DNA of 64,000 nt from an uncultured delta proteobacterium (GCA_963771175.1 CAVYSY010000003.1:64001-128000), one strand, 5' to 3'; positions 8,556 to 20,221 are shown, counted from the first letter of the stretch. The notes: generated by a model not told the origin, from the sequence alone. Program-made: numbers and translations.

Positions 8556-10396
8556 ATGAGCCAGGAACCGCTGCGTCGTCAGACGGGAACCGTCCGCCTG
8601 GGCCCCGGGGTGGGCTACCACCCCAGCCGCGAGATTGCCCAGCGCTCGCCCACCCGCGCCACCGTGGCCCCGGTCCAGACGCTGGCCGAGGCCCTGGTGC
8701 ACTGGGCGCACACCCGCCCCTCCCAGCCCCTCTTCTACTTCGTGGACCTGGAGGAGAAGCTCACCCTCCTCACCGCGGCGGACCTGCACCACAACGCCCT
8801 GCGGCTCGGCGCCAACCTGCGCGCCCGCGGCGTGCGCCAGGGGGACCGGGTGGTGCTCTCCTTCGACACCGGCCCCGACTTCCTCGAGTGCTTCTTCGCC
8901 TGTGGCCTCGTCGGCGCCATCCCCTGCCTCATCGAGCTGCCCTCCTCGAAGGTCTCCGTGCAGTCCTGGGGCGAGCGGCTGGGCGTGAAGCTGCGGCTGC
9001 TGGGAGCCCGGGCCATGCTCATCGACCCGGACTTCCTGGACCTGGCGCAGGAGGCCTTCCGGGACTACCCGCCCGAGGAGGGCCAGCCGGCGCCCTTCGT
9101 GGCCACCCCGGCGGAGCTGGTGGCCGACGCCGAGCCCCTCGAGCCGCCCACCAGCGGCGCGGACGACGTGGCCTTCATCCAGTTCACCTCGGGCACCACG
9201 GACGCCCCCAAGGGGGTTCAAATCTCCCACCGGGCGCTGTTCGCCAACTGCGCGGCCATGGGGGAGATCAGCCAGTGGGACTCGGATGACCTGATGGCGT
9301 GCTGGCTGCCGCTCTACCACGACATGGGACTGGTGGCCTCGACGCTGGCCTCCTTCGTCCACGGGATTCCGACGGCGCTGATTCCTCCCTTCGGCTTCCT
9401 GCTCAAGCCCGCGCGCTGGCTGTGGACCCTCCAGTACTTCCGCGCCACCTCGGCCTTCGCGCCCAACTTCGCCTACCAGCTCTGCTTCAAGCGCATCAAG
9501 GACGCCGAGGTGGAGGGCCTGGAGCTGGGTGCGTGGAAGCGGGCCTACAACGCCGCCGAGTACATCCACGCCGACACCGTGCGCCACTTCACCGAGCGCT
9601 TCCAGCCCTACGGCTTCGAGCCGGATGCCTGGCGGCCCTCGTATGGCATGGCGGAGATGGTGGTGGGCGTGTCCATCCGCGATCGCGCCGATGCCCTGCG
9701 CACGGAGCTCATTCGCGCTCGGCGCTGGCCTCGCGCCGCGAGGCCGTGCCGCTCGCCGAGAGTGGCCCGGACGCCCTCCCGGTGCTCAGCGTGGGTCGCG
9801 TGCTGCGCGGCATCGACCTCCGCATCATCGACGAGGAGGGCAAGCCGGTGGGCGAGCGCCGCGAGGGAGAAATCCTCCTGCGCGGCACCTCCCTCTTCGG
9901 CGGCTACTACAAGAACCCGGAGGCCACCGACAGCGTGCTGCACGACGGGTGGCTGCACACCGGGGACCTGGGCTACCTCGCCGACGGCCAGCTCTTCATC
10001 TGCGGGCGCAGCAAGGACCTCATCATCAAGGCGGGCGACAACTATCACCCGTACACCATGGAGAACGCCGCCGCCCAGGTGGCCGGCGTGCGCGCCGGGT
10101 GCGTGGCCGCGGTGGGCGTCAACAACGCCCAGACGGGCACCGAGGACATCGTCATCGTCTGCGAGACGACCGAGACGAAGCCCGACCTGCTCCGACAGCT
10201 CTGCAAGCACGTGGAGGAGATGGTCTACCAGGGCTCCGGCGTGCGCCCCAACCGCGTCATCCCCGTCGCCTCCCACACCGTTCCCAAGACGACCAGCGGC
10301 AAAATCAAGCGCGCCTACATCCGTCAGAACATCGAGGCCTTCGAGAACCTCTCGCTGCTGGTGACGCCTCCCGCCCAGCAGGCCATCGTCCACTGA
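8556..10396 (+). CDS. Fatty acyl-AMP ligase (copy 1); apparent frameshift near 9712
   Basis: FIQFTSGTTDAPKG, WLPLYHDMGL, PSYGMAE in the first frame; WLHTGDLG, GRSKDLII, PKTTSGKI in the second frame (ORF 9299-10396). Confidence 0.88.
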
Positions 10397-10427
10397 CGGT
10401 CTGAGCCACACTCCCAGTCCTTCATCG

Positions 10428-10470
10428 AGGAGCCCGGGTACACACCGTGTATCAGGGCTCTCCGTTTTTA
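10428..10470 (+). terminator. Probable intrinsic terminator after FAAL 1
   Basis: Imperfect inverted repeat gagccc.ggtacac-acc-gtgtatc.gggctc followed by a T run. Confidence 0.5.
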
Positions 10471-10615
10471 CGCCCTTCTCCTACCTCGCGGATGTTTCCA
10501 CACAACCGCACCATTGAATTTTTCCAGAATAGTCGCTTGCTCCCTTGCTTGTCGCGCATTCTTGGGATACAAGACTGAACAGCTTTCCCGAGGAATCTTT
10601 CCCGAGGAGTTGGAA

Positions 10616-11494
10616 ATGTCCCGTAGCTTTGTGTCCAAGTTCGCGGTGGTCGTTGGTTCGGTGATGGCCCTCGCTGGTTGCAGCTCGGAGCAGAAGCCCG
10701 CCGAGGAGCAGCAGCCGACGCAGCAGGCCGCCGACCTCCACGGCTGTGCGACGCAGGACCTGCCCGAGGCGGAGAAGCTGGCCGTGGAGCAGACCATCTC
10801 CGGCCGCAAGAGCGCCCAGGCCCGCGCTGCCGGCTCGGTGAACGTGAACGTCTACTGGCACGTCATCAACAACGGCACGGGCATCGCCAACGGTGACATC
10901 CCCCAGACGCAGATCGACTCCTCGATCGCCGTGCTGAACAACGCGTACAAGAACACCCCGTTCAAGTTCACCCTGGCGGGCGTGGACCGCACCACCAACT
11001 CCACCTGGTACGCCTGCGCGGGCGGCGGCTGCGAGACGAAGATGAAGACCGCGCTGCGCCAGGGCGGCGCGGGCGACCTGAACGTCTACTCCAACAACAT
11101 GGGCCGCGGCCTGCTCGGTTGGGCGACCTTCCCCTCCAGCTACGCCAGCGCCCCGAAGATGGACGGCGTGGTCATCCTCTACTCCTCCGTGCCCGGCGGC
11201 ACCGCCGCTCCGTACAACCAGGGCGACACCCTCACCCACGAGGCCGGCCACTGGTTCGGCGCGTACCACACCTTCCAGGGCGGCTGCACCGGCTCGGGTG
11301 ACTACGTGGCTGACACCGCGGCCGAGGCCTCCCCCGCCTACGGCTGCCCGAGCGGCCGCGACTCCTGCGCGGGTGGCGGTCTGGACCCCATCACCAACTT
11401 CATGGACTACACCGACGACGCCTGCATGAACACGTTCTCGGCGGGCCAGGCCGACCGCATGGATGCGCTGACCATCCAGTACCGCGGGATTTGA
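10616..11494 (+). CDS. M43 family (ulilysin/pappalysin-like) zinc metalloprotease lipoprotein, copy 1
   Basis: HEAGHWFGAYH zinc motif, NFMDYT Met-turn, lipobox LAGC, propeptide HGCAT (Cys-switch-like). Confidence 0.92.
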   Translation: MSRSFVSKFAVVVGSVMALAGCSSEQKPAEEQQPTQQAADLHGCATQDLPEAEKLAVEQTISGRKSAQARAAGSVNVNVYWHVINNGTGIANGDIPQTQIDSSIAVLNNAYKNTPFKFTLAGVDRTTNSTWYACAGGGCETKMKTALRQGGAGDLNVYSNNMGRGLLGWATFPSSYASAPKMDGVVILYSSVPGGTAAPYNQGDTLTHEAGHWFGAYHTFQGGCTGSGDYVADTAAEASPAYGCPSGRDSCAGGGLDPITNFMDYTDDACMNTFSAGQADRMDALTIQYRGI

Positions 11495-11528
11495 TTCACG
11501 CCTGAAATCCTGAAGCCCTGAAGTCCTG

Positions 11529-11566
11529 ACGCCGGAGCGCCCCTCGCGCTCCGGCGTTTTGCTTTT
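11529..11566 (+). terminator. Intrinsic terminator after protease copy 1 (repeat copy A)
   Basis: Perfect 12-bp stem acgccggagcgc/gcgctccggcgt, 5-nt loop, tail tttgctttt. Confidence 0.8.
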
Positions 11567-11742
11567 CGCGCGGCACGCTCCACGCAGCCGCTCCGCTCTT
11601 CCCTCTTTCACCCGCACTGCCCCGCTCGCGGAGAATTCTCAATATCTACGCGGGTGGAATTTTGCGATACTGTTGTTTTTCCCCTTGATGGAGGCTTGTT
11701 CCTCGTCTAGAAGGAGTAACAACTTTTTCCGGGGAGTCGGAA

Positions 11743-12634
11743 ATGTCGCGTAGCTTCGTGTCCAAGTTCGCGGTTGTTGTTGGCTCGATGATGGCCCTCA
11801 CGGGTTGCAGCAGCTCGGAGCAGAAGCCGGCCGAGGAGCCCACGCAGCAGGCCGCGCCCCTCCACGGCTGCGCCACGCCGACTCCGACCGAGGCCGAGGC
11901 CGAGGCCGTTCAGCAGGTCATCAGCCAGCACCGCAGTGCGCTCGCCGCCGTTGGCTCCATCAACATCCCGGTCTACGCCCACGTCATCAACAAGGGCACG
12001 GGCATCGCCAACGGCGACATCTCCGACGCGATGATCGCCGACCAGATCGCCGTGCTGAACGCGGCCTACGCGAGCACCCCGTTGCACGCTTCACCCTGGT
12101 GGCCACGGACCGCACCACCAACGCCACCTGGTACACCGCGGGCTACGGCACCACGGCCGAGACGCAGATGAAGACGGCGCTGCGCCAGGGCACCGCGGAC
12201 GACCTGAACATGTACTTCAGCAACCCCGGCGGCGGCCTGCTCGGCTGGGCGACCTTCCCCTCCAGCTACACCAGCAGCCCCAAGCATGGACGGCGTGGTG
12301 CATGCTCTACTCGTCGCTGCCCGGCGGCTCCGCGGCGCCCTACAACCTGGGCGACACGGCCACCCACGAGGTCGGCCACTGGATGGGCCTGTACCACACC
12401 TTCCAGGGCGGCTGCGCCAGCAAGCCACGGCCGGCGACGTCGTGAGCGACACCCCGGCGGAGAAGTCGGCCGGCCTACGGCTGCCCGACCGGCCGCGACA
12501 CCTGCTCCACCACCGGCCTCGACCCGATCACCAACTTCATGGACTACACCGACGACTCCTGCATGGACCGGTTCTCCGCCGGCCAGGACACGCGCATGGA
12601 CTCGATGTGGACGACCTACCGCCTCGGCAAGTAG
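11743..12634 (+). CDS. M43 zinc metalloprotease lipoprotein, copy 2 (several apparent frameshifts)
   Basis: N-terminus [19 protein letters not shown] nearly identical to copy 1; [22 protein letters not shown] and NFMDYT occur in shifting frames; TAG at 12632-12634. Confidence 0.85.
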
Positions 12635-12660
12635 TCCGCGCTTGAGGTCCTGAAGTCCCG

Positions 12661-12698
12661 ACGCCGGAGCGCCCCACGCGCTCCGGCGTTTTGCTTTT
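12661..12698 (+). terminator. Intrinsic terminator after protease copy 2 (repeat copy B)
   Basis: Same 12-bp stem and tttgctttt tail as 11529-11566; loop differs by one base. Confidence 0.8.
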
Positions 12699-12823
12699 CG
12701 CGACGCTCGCCGAGGAGGCTCAATACACCTACAGACAGAAGCTCGCGGGAATGTCGATGTACCCCTTGAGGGTGGCCTGCTCACCACACACCGTGAGCGC
12801 CCTCCATCCCCGAGGTGTTGAAA

Positions 12824-13710
12824 ATGTCCCGTCGCTTCGTCTCCAGGTTCGCGGTCGTTGTTGGTTCTGTGATGGCCCTCACGGGTTGCAGCAGCTCGGA
12901 GCAGCAGCCGGCCGAGGAGCAGCAGCCGACGCAGCAGGCCGAGGCCGTCCACGGCTGCGCGACTCCGACTCCGACCGAGGTCGAGGCCGAGTCCGTTGAG
13001 CAGGCCATCAGCCAGCACCGCGGTGCGCTCGCGGCCACCGGGTCCATCACCATCTCGGTCCATGCCCATGTCATCAACAAGGGCACGGGCAGCTCCAACG
13101 GCGACATCTCCGACACGATGATCGCCAATCAGCTCGCCGTGCTGAACGCGGCCTACGCGAACACCCCGTTCCGCTTCACCCTGGTGTCCACGGACCGCAC
13201 CACCAACAGCAGCTGGTACACCGCCGGGCCACGACACCACAGCCGAGACGCAGATGAAGACCGCGCTGCGCCAGGGCACCGCGGACGACCTGAACATGTA
13301 CTTCAGCAGCCCCGGTGGCGGCCTGCTCGGCTGGGCGACCTTCCCCAACTGGCTACGCCTCCAACCCCAAGGACGACGGCGTGGTCATCCTCAACACCTC
13401 GCTGCCCGGCGGCTCCGCGGCCCCCTACAACGAGGGCGACACGGCCACCCACGAGGTCGGCCACTGGCTCGGCCTGTACCACACGTTCCAGGGCGGCTGC
13501 GCCAAGAAGAACGACTACGTGAACGACACCCCGGCCGAGCAGTCCGCCGCCTTCGGCTGCCCCACGGGCCGCGACACCTGCCGCACCACGGGCGCGGACC
13601 CCATCACCAACTTCATGGACTACACGGACGACGCCTGCATGGACCGGTTCACCGCCGGCCAGGTCTCTCGCATGGACTCGATGTGGACGTCCTACCGCGC
13701 CGGCAAGTAG
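12824..13710 (+). CDS. M43 zinc metalloprotease lipoprotein, copy 3 (apparent frameshifts near 13230 and 13350)
   Basis: LTGC lipobox, [36 protein letters not shown]. Confidence 0.87.
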
Positions 13711-13726
13711 GCCGCGCCTGTGCGGC

Positions 13727-14953
13727 TCACTCGAAGAGGGACAGCTCGCGCAGCGAGGGGTTGAGCGGCGGCGCCGGCTGCCCCTCGTACCCGGTGGTGC
13801 GCAGGCGCACCTGCCGCACGGGGACGGGTGACGGGGTGAGCGCCACGTCCAGGTAGAGCTCCGCGTCCAGGCTCAGGTCTCCCAGCTCCACCTCCTCCCT
13901 CTGGGGCAGCCGGTCGCTGAAGTCCGCGAGCAGGTGCCACGTCTCACCGTCCGCGCTTCCCTCCAGCACGGCGGTCCGGGCCGACAGCATCTCCCTCGGA
14001 TTCATGCCCCGGAGGAGCGCGCGCCGCGGCACGCGCGGCTCGGAGAGGAAGACGGTGGGCCCCACCTCCTGCTCCCGAATGAGCGAGGAGACGCGGTCGA
14101 AGCGGCCATCCGTCAGTGGACAGGGCGCGAGGAGCTCCCCCGGCTGAGGCAGGCCGCTATCGGGGCCCGGGCCCTCCACCCTCACCATGGAGCGCAGGTT
14201 GCACGGCGCGCCACGGCTCACCGGGAGACGCACGGGGACGGGCGGGAGCTCAATCGAGGGGCTCTCATGCACCAGCGAGTAGGCCAGATAGCCGCCGGCG
14301 CCCGAGAGGGGGAACCAGGTCCGCGTGCCCTCGGCGTGCGCCTCCACCGAGAACACGAGCGGGGACAGGTCCTCGCCCACGTCCGTGGGGAACGAGCCAC
14401 CCGTCTCACCGAGCTGTTCCTGCCACACCACCTTTCCTCCGACGCGGAGCACCGCGCGGTACAGCGGGGGCGGTACATCCTCGAGCGGAGGCACCGGCGC
14501 CCAGGAGAGCTCCGCGCGCGAGCCCTCCAACGTGTGGCGCAGGCCGCTGCGCCAGGGCCGAAGCGTCGGGAACTCCGCGTCGGACCTGCCCATGGAGAAG
14601 TGCAGCCAGGTGCGCCCACCGTCGGCGTCGGGCGGCAGCCGGATGCGACAGGCACGTCTGTCACCGGGTCCGGGTCGCGTGGGGTCCGGGAGTTGCTGGG
14701 TATCGAAGACCCGAAGCTCGTGCACGAAGCGCCCGTCCTCCCCGGCCGTCACCGTCACCCAGGGCTCGAAGACGGGCTCGGTGCCGTACGCGTCCACCCC
14801 GTCGGGGGTGCGTTCGAGCTCCAGCTCGGCGCCGGCCCAGGGGCTGCCGTCCTCACGCAGCACCCGGCCCACATAGAAGAGCGGGTCGTCCGGTGCGAGC
14901 TCGCAGGCGGTCCCCAACACCAGCAGGGGGAGGAAACGAGACAGGCGGCTCAT
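13727..14953 (-). CDS. Hypothetical lipoprotein, partner of the TonB-dependent receptor
   Basis: MSRLSRFLPLLVLGTAC lipoprotein-like signal; start overlaps the receptor stop; beta-rich C-terminus (VLEGSADGETW). Confidence 0.7.
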   Translation of the reverse strand: MSRLSRFLPLLVLGTACELAPDDPLFYVGRVLREDGSPWAGAELELERTPDGVDAYGTEPVFEPWVTVTAGEDGRFVHELRVFDTQQLPDPTRPGPGDRRACRIRLPPDADGGRTWLHFSMGRSDAEFPTLRPWRSGLRHTLEGSRAELSWAPVPPLEDVPPPLYRAVLRVGGKVVWQEQLGETGGSFPTDVGEDLSPLVFSVEAHAEGTRTWFPLSGAGGYLAYSLVHESPSIELPPVPVRLPVSRGAPCNLRSMVRVEGPGPDSGLPQPGELLAPCPLTDGRFDRVSSLIREQEVGPTVFLSEPRVPRRALLRGMNPREMLSARTAVLEGSADGETWHLLADFSDRLPQREEVELGDLSLDAELYLDVALTPSPVPVRQVRLRTTGYEGQPAPPLNPSLRELSLFE

Positions 14954-17671
14954 CAGTACGTCCCCTTCACGCCCAGGATGGGCAGCAGCAGCGGAATGGC
15001 CACGGGCTGCCTGGCGACGAGGTTCCCCTCCTCCCCCAGCTCGGGAAAGGGGCGGCGATCCATGTACTCGTAGCCCAGCACCTCGGAACGCGCGGTGATG
15101 TTGAGCACGTCGAGGTAGGCCTCCAGGTTGAAGTCGTCGAAGGCCCAGGCCTTGGACACGCGCACGTCGAGTCGGGGGAAGGACGGCAGCCGGGCCACGC
15201 GGTCCCGGTCCTCGGACATCCAGTACGCCTGGCCTCCCGGCAGCACCACCTCGCGCTGGGTGCGCGAGGAGAGCTGGCCGGACTCGGGGCGCCCGGTGTT
15301 GTAGTGCAGCACCGCGCCCACGGTGAAGTTGCCGTCGAACTTGTAGCTGAGCGCCGCGTTGAGGACGTGGGCCTGCTCGAAGGCGAAGGGCAGGTAGCCC
15401 TCGGCGCTACCCACCTCCCTGCCGGTGTCGTCCAGTCGGGAGAAGGAGAGGTAACGCTTGCTCTGCCCGAAGCTGTAGGAGGCCCAGCCGAACCACCGGC
15501 GTCCGAGTGGCTGGCGCACCATCAACTCCAGGCCATACGCGTAGCCGTGGCTGGAGGGGTCCTCCTCGGGCAGCCCCAGGCGTCGGCGACTCTCCAGCAC
15601 CTTGGCGATGTCGAACTCGAGCGTGCGCAGCAGCGGGTTGTAGTACGCGTCGGCGGACACCTCGAGGCCATTGGCGAAGCGGTACTCCGCGCCCACGTCG
15701 AGCTGCACCGCCTCCTGCAGGCCGTGGCGCAGACCGGCGAGCTCGGCGAGCGGCACGGGGACAATCACGGTGGGCGGCTGATGGTAGAGGCCCGCGCCTC
15801 CCTTGAGGGTGAGCTGCTCGGAGAGGGCGTAGCGCCCGGTGAGGCGGGGCTCGAGGGCCCAGTGCTGGAGGCCGGGGACGAGGTGGTAGCCGTCCACGCG
15901 CACACCGGGCACGAGCGTCAGGGCCGCGAATGGGCTTCCAGGTGGCCTGCGCGGAGAGGCCCACGAAGGTGCCAATGGAGACGGGCTCGCGGAAGGCCGC
16001 CGCCGCGTCCTCGCCCCCAGGGCTCGCGTCCTTGAGCAGGCCCGAGATGACGACGCCGCCGCGCCGGTGCTCCACGTCCGCCATCACCTCCAGCGCGAGC
16101 GCGTCCGAGAAGGTGCGGCTGTAGCCGGCGCGCGCGGAGACAAGGCGCTGCGAGAGGCTGTACTCGCCCTCCAGCTCCGGCACCCGCTCGATGTCCAGGC
16201 CCATCCGATCCGTGCCCACGGTGGTGCCAAGCTCCAGCTCACCCCCGGCCAGCGGGAAGCGGCCTCGCAGGTCCACCCGGTGGAACGTGGAGCCGAGCCC
16301 GGCGGACAGGTCTCCCTGCTGCTTCGCCTCCAGCCCCACGCGGTCCGAGCTGCCGAAGACGAGCAGGCGCAGCCGCCCGCTCCCGAGCTTCTGCTCCACC
16401 CGGGCCTGGTAGTCCCAGAAGTTGGCGAAGAACTGGTTGGCCTCCATGCCCTCGGGAGCCTCGCCCTGCATGGCGAGATTGGCGCCCAGGGTGATGAGCA
16501 GCGCCGAGTAGGACAGGCGCCCGGCCAGGGTGATGCTCGTGCCCGTCTCCTGGATGGGAACTTCCAGGAAGCCCCCTGAGTTGAGCAGGTCCGCGTAGAC
16601 ACTGGCGTGCAGCCGGTCCTCGCGCGGCCGGCTCACGTGCCCGTCCACCACGCCCCCGATGAGCCGCCCGTAGCGGGCCGGCGCCACGCCCGGGTGGAAG
16701 TCGATGGTATCGACGAAGTCCGGGTGCACCACCGCGGGCCCGAGCAGCAGGTGGTAGAGCATCGGCACGCGCACGCCGTCGATGAAGTAGCCCGTCGCCG
16801 CGGGCTGGCTGCCGCGCACCACCGGATAGGAGATGCCGCTGGCGATGCTCGCCACGCCCGGCATCAGCATCACCACCCGGAAGGGGTCTCCCATGGTGCC
16901 GGGCACCTCGCGCAGCTCCTGCTCGCGCAGGGTGACGCGGGAGACCTCCGTGCGCTCGCGGTCTCCACGCACCACCGTCTCGTACGGATTCACCACGAGC
17001 GGCTCGAGCGCGTACACCACCTCCAGGCGCTGGCCCTCCTGGAGCTCCTCCTTGAAGGCCGCCGGCTTGAAACCGGGAGCGGTGACGCGCACCCAGCGCG
17101 AGCCCGGCGCCACCGGCAGGGAGAAGGTGCCCTCCGCGTCGGCGCTCACCGTGACGCCGTCACACGTGAGGCTCGCCTCGGACACGGGCCGCCGGGTGCC
17201 CTTGCCGCGCACCCGCCCGGTGAGAACCGTGGCCGGACTCGGCGCGGCGGCCGGAGGCTCGAAGCGGTAGACGAAGAAGAGACGCACGGAGACGGGCTCG
17301 TCCCCCAGGCGCGCGGGGTGGAAGCGCAGGCCCGCCGCCGCGTGCAGCGCCGCCTCGTCGAAGGCCGTGCCGGCGCTCCGGGTGACACGGGCCTCGGCCA
17401 CCCCACCCCGCTCGTCCACGAGCAGCTCCAGCTCCACCTCGTGCGCTCCGGGAGGTGCCTCCAGCGGATACACGGCCGGAGAGTCCGCGAGCAGCGAGGG
17501 TGGCACCAGCACCGCCGTCCCCGCGTCCCCAGCCTCCACCTGGAGACCCGCCTCCGTGGACAGCACCTCCCGCTCCACCGGGAGGCCCGTGCCCCCATCG
17601 TCCTGGCCCCTCGCGAGGCTGGACAGCAGCAGCGAGAACACCGCGGCGAGACACCTCGAACTGTTCGACAC
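14953..17671 (-). CDS. TonB-dependent receptor with N-terminal TonB-C-like domain (frameshift near 15930)
   Basis: TonB-C-like FDEAALHAAAGLRFHPA, plug motif VPGTMGDPFRVVMLMPGV...ARYG, beta-barrel repeats, C-terminal PILGVKGTY. Confidence 0.85.
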
Positions 17672-17822
17672 GACCCCCCCACTCCCTTCGGAGGACCGGC
17701 CGGCCTCCGAGTCATGACGCGCCAGCGCTCCGGGCCGACGGGGCCAGGAGAATGCCACGACGGTACGGCGAGCGGCGGAGCTCATTGCCTCTCGAAATGG
17801 CCCGTGGCCGAGACGCACCCGC

Positions 17823-17864
17823 AAAAGCAAACAGCGGGCCCCCACGCTCGTGGGAGGCCCGCTG
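17823..17864 (-). terminator. Intrinsic terminator after protease copy 4
   Basis: Inverted repeat cagcgggcc...ggcccgctg followed on the minus strand by tttgctttt. Confidence 0.7.
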
Positions 17865-17900
17865 CTCATGTCCGAGACGAGAGGTGTCTCGGGCCGGGGC

Positions 17901-18791
17901 TTACTTGCCCGCGCGGTACGAGGTCCACATGCTGTTCATGCGCGTGCGCTGGCCCGCGGAGAACGTGTTCATGCAGGAGTCGTAGCTGTAGTCCATGAAG
18001 TTGGTGATGGGATCCAGGCCAGCGTAGGTGGTGCAGCTGTCGCGGCCGGTGGGGCAACCGGAGGCGCCCGAGGCCTCGGCAGGCGTGTCGCTCACGCTGT
18101 CGTTGGTGCTGGTGCAGCCGCCCTGGAAGGTGTGGTACAGGCCCGCCCAGTGGCCGACCTCGTGGGTGCCGGTGTCGCCCTGGTTGTAGTTGGTGGCCGA
18201 GCCGCCGGGCAGCGAGCTCTGGAGCACCACCACGCCGTCCTTCTTCGGGGCGCTGGCGTAGCTCCAGGGGAAGGTGGCCCAGCCCAGCAGGCCGCCGCCC
18301 ATGTTGTTGGTGTAGAAGTTGAGGGCGGTCGCGGTGCCCTTGCGCAGGGCGTTCTTCATGTTCGTCTCACACGTGCCACCGGTGCAGGTGTAGTACGAGT
18401 CGTTGTTCGTGTAGTCCGTGCCCGCCAGATAGAAGCTGAAGCCCGCCGCCGAGTAGGCGTTGTTGAGGACGGTGATCTGGTTGTTGATCTGCGTGGTGGT
18501 CACGCCGCCGGCGCCGGAGCTGCTACGGATGACGTGGAAGTAGACCGGGATGGAGACGGCCATGGCGTGCACCTGACCGCCCATCGCCTGCTTCGCCTGG
18601 AGCACCTCGAACTGGGACTCGATCTGAGCCACCTGCTCCTCGGTGAACTCCTCGGCGCCGCAGTTGCGGGGGTCCGCCACCTGGGCCTCGACACCCTCAG
18701 CGGCCACCTGCTCGGCCTCGTCCACGGGACCGCAGCCAACCATCGCCGCAACCGCACCGACAGCCACAACCGTCTTTCCGAAGATACGCAT
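17901..18791 (-). CDS. M43 zinc metalloprotease lipoprotein, copy 4 (more divergent, intact)
   Basis: MVGC lipobox-like, RNCG propeptide, [23 protein letters not shown]. Confidence 0.92.
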   Translation of the reverse strand: MRIFGKTVVAVGAVAAMVGCGPVDEAEQVAAEGVEAQVADPRNCGAEEFTEEQVAQIESQFEVLQAKQAMGGQVHAMAVSIPVYFHVIRSSSGAGGVTTTQINNQITVLNNAYSAAGFSFYLAGTDYTNNDSYYTCTGGTCETNMKNALRKGTATALNFYTNNMGGGLLGWATFPWSYASAPKKDGVVVLQSSLPGGSATNYNQGDTGTHEVGHWAGLYHTFQGGCTSTNDSVSDTPAEASGASGCPTGRDSCTTYAGLDPITNFMDYSYDSCMNTFSAGQRTRMNSMWTSYRAGK

Positions 18792-19086
18792 GTGCCTCCA
18801 CCTTTCCCAATTGGGGGGGTGCCAACTGAAGGGGACCTGATTCCTAAATCAGTCTGGAAAAATGTTCAAACCCCTTATTCTTTTTTAAGCCGGATTTTCT
18901 TGACTCCCCGCGCAAATCACTTTGGGCACAAACATTTGAGACGAAATCTTTCGAGCCACACCGCGTCGCGCGGAATGGAATCTTCACAGATGCAGCATCC
19001 CCCACGCGCCTGTGCGCGGAGGACTCTGGCGTAGCATCCGGGGGACATCGTGAGCCCCGCGGCTCGCGTCCGTGAGAGGAGAAGAA

Positions 19087-20218
19087 GTGAAGGCGCGATT
19101 CACATTGATGGTGGTGGCCGTGCTGCTGCTGCTGCCCCTGGGGGCCCAGGCCGAACCCCGGCGACTGGTGCTGCTCTTCACCGGAGACAACCGGGGGGAG
19201 ATCGCGCCGTGTGGCTGCAAGCAGGAGCCGCAGGGAGGGCTGGCCCGGAGGAAGACGGCCCTGGAGGCGGAGCGGGCCCGGGGCCTGCCGCTGGTGTTGA
19301 TGGACGCGGGCAACGCGCTGTTCCGCGAGCCCACGCGCCAGGAGGAGCCCCTGGTGCAACAGCGGGCGGAGCTGGTGCTCGAGCAGATGGAGGCGCAGGG
19401 CACGGTGGCCATGGCGGTGGGCGAGCGCGACCTGTCGCAGGGCCTGTCCTGGCTCCAGAAGGCCACGCGGGCGCGCGGCAAGAAGATGAAGCTGCTGTCC
19501 GCCAACCTGGTGGACAAGGCCGGCAAGGCGCCCTTCGCGGCCTCCCTGGTGGTGGAGGCCGGCGGACTGAAGGTGGGCGTGGTGGGCGTGTCCCCCGAGG
19601 GCACACCGGCCGGGGAGCCCGGGTTGAAGGGCCGCCCGCCGAAGGAAGCCGCGCTGGCCGAGGCCCGCAAGCTGCGCCAGAGCCGCAAGGTGGACGTGGT
19701 GGTGGTGCTGGCGGCGGTGCCCTACCAGGAGGCCGTGAAGCTGGCCCTGCTGGCCGAGGACGCGGTGGACTTCGTGGTGCAGTCCAACGACACCAAGGGC
19801 ATCGGCATCGGCGAGCTGGTGGGCAGTCACGCCGCCGTCTTCCCCGCGGGGGAGCTCGGCAAGCAGGTGACCCGGCTGGAGCTGAGCGTGGACGGACCGG
19901 GGCCCTCGGTGGACCTGGGCTCGGGCTCACGAGCCCGCAAGCAGCTGCAGCGTGGTGGAGGACAACCTCCTGAAGGCGCACGAGCGGCTGGCCAGCGCGA
20001 AGGACGAGCAGACGCGGGGCGACCTCACCCGTACCATCGTCGAGCTGGAGGGCCGCCTGCGGCAGCTCGAGTCGGAGCTGGACGTAAAGGCGCCCAAGGG
20101 CGGGCGCGCACACCAGCTCTCCTACGTCACCCTGGGACTGGCGGTGGCGGATGATCCGATCCTCAAGCAGCGGGTGGAGCAACTCCAGCCGAGCGGCTCG
20201 GCCAACGCCGCCCCCTGA
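19087..20218 (+). CDS. Secreted 5'-nucleotidase/UshA-like metallophosphoesterase-fold protein (frameshift near 19950)
   Basis: Signal peptide, LLFTGDNRGEIAPCGC, GGLARR, DAGN, VGERD, LLSANL motifs; coiled-coil tail continues in ORF 19952-20218. Confidence 0.7.
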
Positions 20219-20221
20219 GCC

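Noticed and set aside
11501..12702. Repeated hairpins as a CRISPR array or REP/IS ends
   Set aside because: Only two copies, 1.1 kb apart, each following a paralogue stop codon with a T-rich tail; no cas or transposase genes.
19200..19225. Selenocysteine in the CGC motif
   Set aside because: Both positions are ordinary Cys codons (TGT GGC TGC); there is no in-frame TGA.
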